The translations under genes were made by a program, and so were the position numbers. A DNA stretch of 64,000 nucleotides from Eledone cirrhosa. Its lineage: Eukaryota. Location of the stretch: assembly GCA_964016885.1 (NCBI GenBank), contig OZ024749.1, positions 11,780,001 to 11,844,000 on the forward strand, in the 5' to 3' direction. Shown in pieces: positions 57,731 to 64,000 of the stretch (its first letter is position 1; the number at the start of each line of letters is the position of its first letter). A model generated the notes under the pieces. It was not told the origin of the DNA. It did no database searches and saw only the letters and a program-made list of their open reading frames with translations.

Positions 57731-59162
57731 GTTATCGAACATCTATAGCCAGCAACAAAGTGAAGATAAATTCTTACTATCTGACAATAACAGCATAAAC
57801 CTAGACTCTGATGTTGTTGTGTCTATTGAAGATAGTCCTGAGATTCTAGAGACTAAACCGTTCATACATCTTTGGTCACCAAACCAAGAAGAAAAAGAAG
57901 ATATTCAAAACACAAGTCAAACAGATTCTCCTTTGATGATATTACCAGTAAAGGAAGATCAAAAAGAAGAAGAAGATTGCCTTTTTCAGCCATATCACAC
58001 CTTTTTACCAAAACCTAATGAGGATTTTGACAGTAGTTTCATACCTGAACTGATGACAACAGGTAGCAGATCTTTTGAAATAAACTGGAAGGATAATATA
58101 AAAAATATATGGATGGGATCAATTTCTAACCCTTGTAAATCTGTTGAAAAAAATACTGGTAAAAATAATAATTTAAACAGCGACTGTTTGAAATATAATG
58201 AGAATACGATGAGATATGAAAGTAAAGCCATCTTGCCTCTAAGAAGGGAATATTTAACAAGACATAACTATGATATTCCCCAAAATAATGACTCACATAA
58301 TTATAACAGCCAATATAAAGATTTACACTTCATTAAAGAAAGCAATGACAGCCAAGAAACTAATGATAATAACTGTGGATTTTCATCAATTAAAAGATTG
58401 CAAGATTCTGAGATTAATGAAGAACTTTTAATTAAAGCTAAAAGACAGAAGAAAATTATTTTATCTGAGAAATGTAAACACGACTGGAAATACTCAAAAC
58501 CCTTGTCTTTTTCTCCACTTTCTCCTCTTACTCCTCATCAGCATAATTTACAACTCAAAAGCTCTCCAAATGATATGCTTAATCTAAATACTAAAGAATT
58601 AAATCTTTCACTTGATATCCAAACATCACACTTGAAATCACCTTCAATCCCAAAACAAAAGCAAATGTGGTTAACAAGAGACAAATTAATTGATAATATT
58701 TCTCTCAAACCAAGCAGTTTTACTCATCAAGATATACAAAAGACCACACCTATTCCTTCAAAAGATTCTTCAAATAAATACTTTGATTTAATGGAACAAA
58801 GTATGTTCAAGAGACCCAATCCTACAAATATTGTTTATCCTAAGCAAAAGGTTTCACCTGTCTTAGAATCTGAAGGCAAACTTTCTTCTGGATATTTTAA
58901 TATATCTAATCAGAACACTTTTTACCAACCATTTCAGAAAACACCTCAGATGGCTCCAGTTAATGAAAATGGCCACATACTGACTTTAAATAATAATAAC
59001 AACAATAATAACAGCAGATACTTTGAATTCCCTAATAAGGTTTCTTCTAAAGCTCATTATCTTGATGAAGTCAAACTTTTAAAGCAGAGAATGAAACATG
59101 TGACTGATGATCTTGCCCAACGTTTCAAGTCCAACTTCCAAAAGAATGGTTGGTATACTTGA
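57693..59162 (+). CDS. SHOC1: Large coding exon of the SHOC1-like gene ([11 protein letters not shown]..., low-complexity N/S/K-rich disordered tail); may end at a donor after 59148 rather than at the stop
   Basis: A 489-codon open frame in AT-rich unique DNA begins exactly after an acceptor AG (57691-57692) in phase 0, matching the 52960 donor. The track's start 'M' is a GTG Val, not an initiator. A possible donor G|GTTGGT lies at 59149. Coding status is strong; gene identity rests on the upstream exons. Confidence 0.8.
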   Translation: MFQTIANEDNSLKLSNIYSQQQSEDKFLLSDNNSINLDSDVVVSIEDSPEILETKPFIHLWSPNQEEKEDIQNTSQTDSPLMILPVKEDQKEEEDCLFQPYHTFLPKPNEDFDSSFIPELMTTGSRSFEINWKDNIKNIWMGSISNPCKSVEKNTGKNNNLNSDCLKYNENTMRYESKAILPLRREYLTRHNYDIPQNNDSHNYNSQYKDLHFIKESNDSQETNDNNCGFSSIKRLQDSEINEELLIKAKRQKKIILSEKCKHDWKYSKPLSFSPLSPLTPHQHNLQLKSSPNDMLNLNTKELNLSLDIQTSHLKSPSIPKQKQMWLTRDKLIDNISLKPSSFTHQDIQKTTPIPSKDSSNKYFDLMEQSMFKRPNPTNIVYPKQKVSPVLESEGKLSSGYFNISNQNTFYQPFQKTPQMAPVNENGHILTLNNNNNNNNSRYFEFPNKVSSKAHYLDEVKLLKQRMKHVTDDLAQRFKSNFQKNGWYT

Positions 59163-59275
59163 TATTTTGGTGTTTAAAATGTAACCTTAACTCTCTCTTT
59201 TCCATATATTAATGAAAAACACTGCCTATGATTTTCAAATATATCATATTTATATATATATCTGATATATATATG

Positions 59276-59310
<35 letters not shown>

Positions 59311-59545
59311 AGAGGGTGTTAAAGTTTGCTTGAAGCATTGTGAAATGTGTAAAATATGTAGTTTAGAAAGCAACTTTTCCCCCGTTGATGGGCGTGAGCC
59401 CGAAATATTGGGATTAAATCTCCTCTACGGTAACCCTTCTACCTTTGTTTTGTTTTCATTTTCATTTTCACTTTTCTCCTATTTCTCACTCACTTCTTAC
59501 CTCGAGATTTCCCATCTGCATTGTTGTGGCTTTCTAAACTACATA
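59311..59545 (+). mobile_element. Probable Penelope-like element terminal-repeat remnant with a degenerate minimal hammerhead, flanked by (TA)n
   Basis: TCCC-CCGTTGA-T-GGGC GTGA GCCC-GAAAT-ATT-GGGA at 59378-59413 has type I minimal hammerhead topology with two changes in the core. Confidence 0.5.
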
Positions 59546-59579
59546 TTTTATATATATATATATAGATATATATATATAC

Positions 59580-59615
<36 letters not shown>

Positions 59616-59619
<4 letters not shown>

Positions 59620-61998
59620 AAGCATGGCGGGATGGGGGAAGTAGAGAAGACTATCAAGTGGCCAGGAGGGAAGCTAGGAGACAAGTGTACTTCGCAAGAA
59701 GGGAAGCAGAGGAAAGAAAGTTCAAGCATGTTCTACAACACGAGGACCAAAAACGTGAGGTGTTAAGGATTGCTAGGCAATGTGTCAAGGAAAACAGTGA
59801 TATTGTCAGGGAGAAGTGTGTCCTAAATGATGATGGTGTACTGACGCTGATAAGAAGGTAGCTTGGAAGTGTCACTACGAAAGGCTACTAAATGAGGAGA
59901 ATAATTGGGAGAAAGACAGTCTCCCCCACATTGACCCAATAGAGGGACCAGCAGTGCTAGTTGAAGGTAGTATAATAAGTAAGGCGATCAAAGACATGAA
60001 GACGGGCAAGGCGGCCGGGCCTTCGGAAATAGTTGCCGAAATGCTGAAAGCATCTGGAACGGTGGGACATACTATGGTCACCCGGATAGTAAACCAAGTC
60101 ATGCAGAATGGGGTCGTTCCGAAGGACTGGCGCAGCAGCATCATCATTAACTGCTACAAGGGTAAAGGTGATGCCCTAGATAGGGGAAATTATAGAGGCA
60201 TTAAATTAATTGACCAGGTCATGAAGGTCACAGAAAAAGTAATAGCGCAACTAATCAGAGAGAGAATTGATCTAGATGAAATGCAGTTCGGGTTTGTGTC
60301 AGGAAAAAGTACAACAGACGCTCTTTTCATTGTACGACAACTACAGGAGAAGTACCTAGCTAAAAGTAAACCCCTATACTTAGCTTTTGTTGACTTGGAG
60401 AAAGCCTTTGACAGAGTACCCCGCTCGATTATCTGGTGAGCCCTTAGAAAACTAGGTGTTGATGAATGGCTTGTGAGAGCTATACAAGCCATGTATAAAG
60501 AAACAGTCAGCAAGGTTAGAATTAACAACGAATATAGTGAAGAGTTTAGCGTAAAAGTTGGTGTTCATCAGGGCTCCGTCCTTAGCCCCCTACTATTTAT
60601 TATTGCCCTTTAGGCTATAACAGAGGAGTTCAAGACCGGCTGCCCATGGGAACTCCTATATGCAGATGATCTAATGCTCATAGCTGAATCAATGGCTGAA
60701 CTAGAGAAGAAATTCCAAACATGGAAGCATGGCCTAGAATCAAAAGGCCTTAAAGTTAACTTGTCTAAGACTAAAGTTCTAGTTTGTAGGAAGGAAAATA
60801 AGGCACCGGTCCCATCTGGAAAATGGCCATGCTCAGTGTGTAGGAAAGGAGTAGGTAGAAACTCCATTTTATGTCCCAAATGCAAAGTATGGGTACATAA
60901 AAGATGTAGTGGGATCACAGGTAAGCTAACTAAGAATATAGATTTTATATGTGGCCGGTGTTCTGGTGCAATAAGTAGCAAGTGCCCACAGAATACTAAC
61001 TCATTCCATTGCACAGATGGCTCTATAGAAATAGTGGACAGTTTCCGTTACCTGGGTCATAAAATCAGCAGTGGGGGGGGGGGGGGGTGCTCTGAAAGTA
61101 CAGTAGCTAGAGTCAGAACGGGATGGAAAAAGTTCAGAGAGCTTATACCACTATTGGCCGCTAAAGGGTTCTCTCTAAAAATGAAAGGCAGGCTGTATGA
61201 TGCCTGCATACGAACAGCAATGTTACATGGCAGTGAGACCTGGGCATTGTGTGCAAAGGATATACGCAGACTGGAGAGAAACGAAGCTTGCATGCTCCGC
61301 TGGATGTGTAATAGTAATATATGTGAACGGCAAAGCATAAACGAACTAAGGGAGAAATTAGGAATAAGAGGGATCAGATGTTGTTTACTCGAGAGAAGAC
61401 TACGTTGGTATGGTCACGTGATGGGCATGAAAGACGACAGCTGTATAAAAAAGTGCAGGGCAATAAAAATAGACGGTAGCCACGGAGTAGGCAGACCCAG
61501 AAAAACCTGGGACGACTTGATCAATTCCGACCTCACACACTTACACCTCTCCAAGACAATGTCACTGGACCAAGAGCTTTGGCGGTACACAGTAATAGAG
61601 AAGACCCGCCTTACCTAAGTACAAAGTGAAACCTACTACAGTCAGTAGGCACCTCTAACAAAATACACCCCCGTCCCACTACCCACACCACCCCTTTCAA
61701 TGTAAAGTTATGTTGGTGTCACAACATCCAGCCCGAAACAAACGAGGTCGTGTAGGTGTCACGACAAAAAAACACACAGTCCACGCTGTAATGTGGCCGT
61801 GTAGGCAACACGGTAAAAACCTCCCAGTCCCACACTGTAAAGGTGGTTGGTGTTAGGAAGGGCATCCAGCCGTAGAAAACCCGCCAGACAGTCCTATGCA
61901 AGCAAGACAACCACTCTTGCCTCAAGTGGGAAAACTCCCGTCCAAACCCATGCAAGCGTGGAATATGGACGTTAAACGATGATGATGATGATGATGAT
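59616..61998 (+). mobile_element. 5'-truncated, relatively young RTE-clade LINE (RT with YADD, PHD-like insert, 3' UTR, (GAT)n tail)
   Basis: ORF pieces 59658-59861, 59954-60439 and 60674-61618 give GKAAGPSEIVAEMLK, NYRGIKL, QFGF, AFVDLEKAFDRVPR, GVHQGSVLSPLLF and YADD at 60659-60670. Only a few lesions: a frameshift near 59850, TGA at 60437 and TAG at 60611. No endonuclease domain is present. Confidence 0.95.
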
Positions 61999-62086
61999 AT
62001 ATCACAATAAATTAACGGAGCCATAGACACCTGCTATTCCCTGTCAATAATTTGCTCAAAGGAAAAGGAATCCCGAGCTCTTTAAA

Positions 62087-62195
62087 ATACAATATGTTGA
62101 AAAGGTAACTCACTAGAGAGAGATAGTGTGCCATCCCTGTTTTATTGATGGCGCACTATCTCTCTCTAGTGTGTTACCTTTTCAACATATTGTAT
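62087..62195. repeat. Near-perfect inverted repeat (49-bp arms, 11-nt loop)
   Basis: ATACAATATGTTGAAAAGGTAACTCACTAGAGAGAGATAGTGTGCCATC / GATGGCGCACTATCTCTCTCTAGTGTGTTACCTTTTCAACATATTGTAT, with 2 mismatches. Confidence 0.9.
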
Positions 62196-62208
62196 ATACA
62201 TATATATA

Positions 62209-62270
62209 CATCATCATCATTTTACGTCCACTTTTCCCTGCTTGCAAGGGTGGGACGGGTCTTATTCAGC
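62209..62270 (-). mobile_element. Very short RTE/SINE 3' tail fragment
   Basis: (CAT)4 TTTACGTCCACTTTTCCCTGCTTGCAAGGGTGGGACGGG is approximately the reverse complement of 61937-61990. Confidence 0.7.
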
Positions 62271-63244
62271 ACAGCATCTCTCCACTCGTCACGGTCCCTA
62301 TACATATATTTCCTAAAACTGTATTTCTTTTGAGATACAAAATTCTTATACATACATATATACATATAGATATCAGGCGTGCGTATGTGCATGCGTGTAT
62401 TTTGTTTTTCTTTGTGTACGTGCTTATATTTGCATACCCATTGCGGGTGTTTTCGCGTATGCTTGTGTATGTACGTATATGGATGCGTGTATGTATATAT
62501 TGAATTTCAATTACCTCTGTAATATATTTACTTTATTCTTAACTCTGAAGCCGAGAATCATTCGGTTTCCTAAATAGAATTTTAGTCTATGACTTCAGTT
62601 ATACCATATATGTGGTTTTGCCTTTGCATGTAATTGTTTTCACCGCTCCAATTAATGACGTATTATCTTCGTTTTTATCCGTTCTTTGCCAGGGAATGTT
62701 TCCACGACGGTTGCAACGTTTTTTGAAATATTTACTTCTGCATTCACAGATTGATTTTGTTAGTTTCAGAAGATCCCGTTAAGGGTGAAAGCAGCGATTC
62801 TTTGCTTAAACTTTAATCTGTTATTTTAATAAATATATATGTATATGTATACATACACACTCCCTCTGCCCTACCCCTTCCCACCCTCCTCCATCCACAT
62901 GCACACACAGACTTACACTCCACCCCATGTTTTCTTAAAACCCAAGCATGGAACTTCGTTCTCCCCCAAACTCTAACACTCACATCCACGCACACACACA
63001 CACCTACACACACACCCCCACCTTTCGCCCTCCCTGCTCAGACCCCCAATTTCCTTCTCCCCTCTCCGTCCCCCTCCATCCACCCACCCACCCACCACCA
63101 TCTCTACACGCCTCACACCCTTTCACCACTTGTTTTCAACTCATTGTCCCACTCATGTTATTTTCATTTTAATTTTTTTCCTGTTATTTTAATGTTTTTC
63201 CACCATTGCTCCCTCAAATCCTCTCGGAATTCCTCTTTCCCACC

Positions 63245-63280
63245 ATTCTCCTGATGAAGAGCTTATGCCCGAAACGTTGT
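63245..63280 (+). ncRNA. Minimal hammerhead-ribozyme-like motif (Penelope-type)
   Basis: CTGATGA-A-GAGC TTAT GCCC-GAAAC-GTT has intact core boxes, one mismatch in stem II and a palindromic AACGTT stem III. Stem I is not evident. Confidence 0.55.
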
Positions 63281-63540
63281 TCCCCACCCCCAATCTCAAG
63301 CGTGAACCTAATACCTAACACATTTTGTAACTGTACTCCTTGATGTTGTTATTTACTTTTCCAATATATATATATTCTCATATTTACACATATTTTTTCC
63401 CCCACTGTGACCCGTCTATTTCGTTCTTACTGCTTCCTCTTTCTCTGTATCTTTACCCACTCTAACAGTCACTCTCTCTCTGTTAGCCTCTTCCTCACCC
63501 TTCACTCACTCATTCTTTGTTACTACCTCTCCTCCTCCTT

Positions 63541-63800
63541 CCCGTTTGACCTGTGTGTAATTCTTTTCTTTCGCACCCTTGGTCAGGCTGGTTCGCCTTT
63601 TTTCTCTCTCTCGTCTACGATTTCACAGAACTTACGTTCACCGAAATCACAGACTAGATCCCTTCTTCCTCCCGTTAGACCTGTGCGAAATTCCTTCCTT
63701 GCTTACATTCCAACCAGGTTTGATGGTCTTTATTCTCTCTCGTTCACGATTTCACCGAACTTATATTCATGGAAATTTTGGACTTGACTCGTTCTTCCTC
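63541..63800 (+). repeat. Diverged 130-bp tandem duplication
   Basis: CCCGTTTGACCTGTGTGTAATTC at 63541 and CCCGTTAGACCTGTGCGAAATTC at 63671. Both copies contain TCTCTCTCGT..ACGATTTCAC.GAACTTA and end in TTCTTCCTC. Confidence 0.8.
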
Positions 63801-63985
63801 ACTTTTCGTTGCTTCGCCATCTTTGTTTGTTTACACTCTCGTGTCCCCTTTATTTACGTGTCGCAACGACTTTTTTTAGCCGTTGCTCGCACCAACCGGA
63901 GGTATATGGTCTTTAAAGCGATGAAATACCAATGATGGTTGGAAGATCACTGATGAAGGACTAACTTTATTCATATATATATATA

Positions 63986-64000
63986 TACGAGGGTAATCCC
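63986..64000 (+). mobile_element. Possible start of a Tc1/mariner terminal inverted repeat, cut off by the window edge
   Basis: TA|CGAGGGTAATCCC follows a (TA)n run. Many mariner TIRs begin TA-CGAGGG, but only 13 nt are visible. Confidence 0.3.

Noticed and set aside
57693-59162. Stand-alone intronless 489-aa gene
   Set aside because: It begins at a GTG directly after a splice acceptor and continues the frame of the upstream exons.
59616-61998. Active autonomous LINE or domesticated RT gene
   Set aside because: It is 5'-truncated (no endonuclease), with a frameshift and two in-frame stops.
49408-63935. Other short ORFs such as 50018-50251, 52475-52762, 57493-57678, 59330-59729 and 62126-63935
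   Set aside because: They are translations of microsatellites, SINEs or antisense LINE frames with no coherent protein signal.

Overview
This is eukaryotic (metazoan) DNA; the SINE/LINE repertoire looks octopus/cephalopod-like, which is inferred from recalled repeat sequences. Positions 1-~47,518 are one uninterrupted, very homogeneous 35/39-bp tandem satellite of roughly 1,300 units with kb-scale layered duplications. Positions 47.5-64 kb are a patchwork of decayed retroelements (RTE and R4/Dong LINEs, tRNA-derived SINEs, Penelope-like remnants with hammerhead-like motifs). Hidden in it are three + strand exons (50062-50105, 52858-52960, 57693-~59162) that splice in frame to [25 protein letters not shown]...VFH|VFQT..., resembling the helix-hairpin-helix region and disordered tail of the meiotic crossover factor SHOC1/Zip2. 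Main observation: the satellite monomer reads TGA TTG TAG GAA GAT ATT TCA CAG|GTRTAT, i.e. (W)L(x)EDISQ plus a 5' splice donor. This fits the expected end of the preceding SHOC1 exon in position and phase. The array therefore appears to be a massive amplification of the gene's own exon/intron junction, forming a giant intron packed with AG|GT splice motifs. The acceptor of the large exon has also been duplicated, probably by a long retrotransposon target-site duplication. The upstream exon lies outside the window, so the junction-amplification model is a testable inference, not a demonstration.
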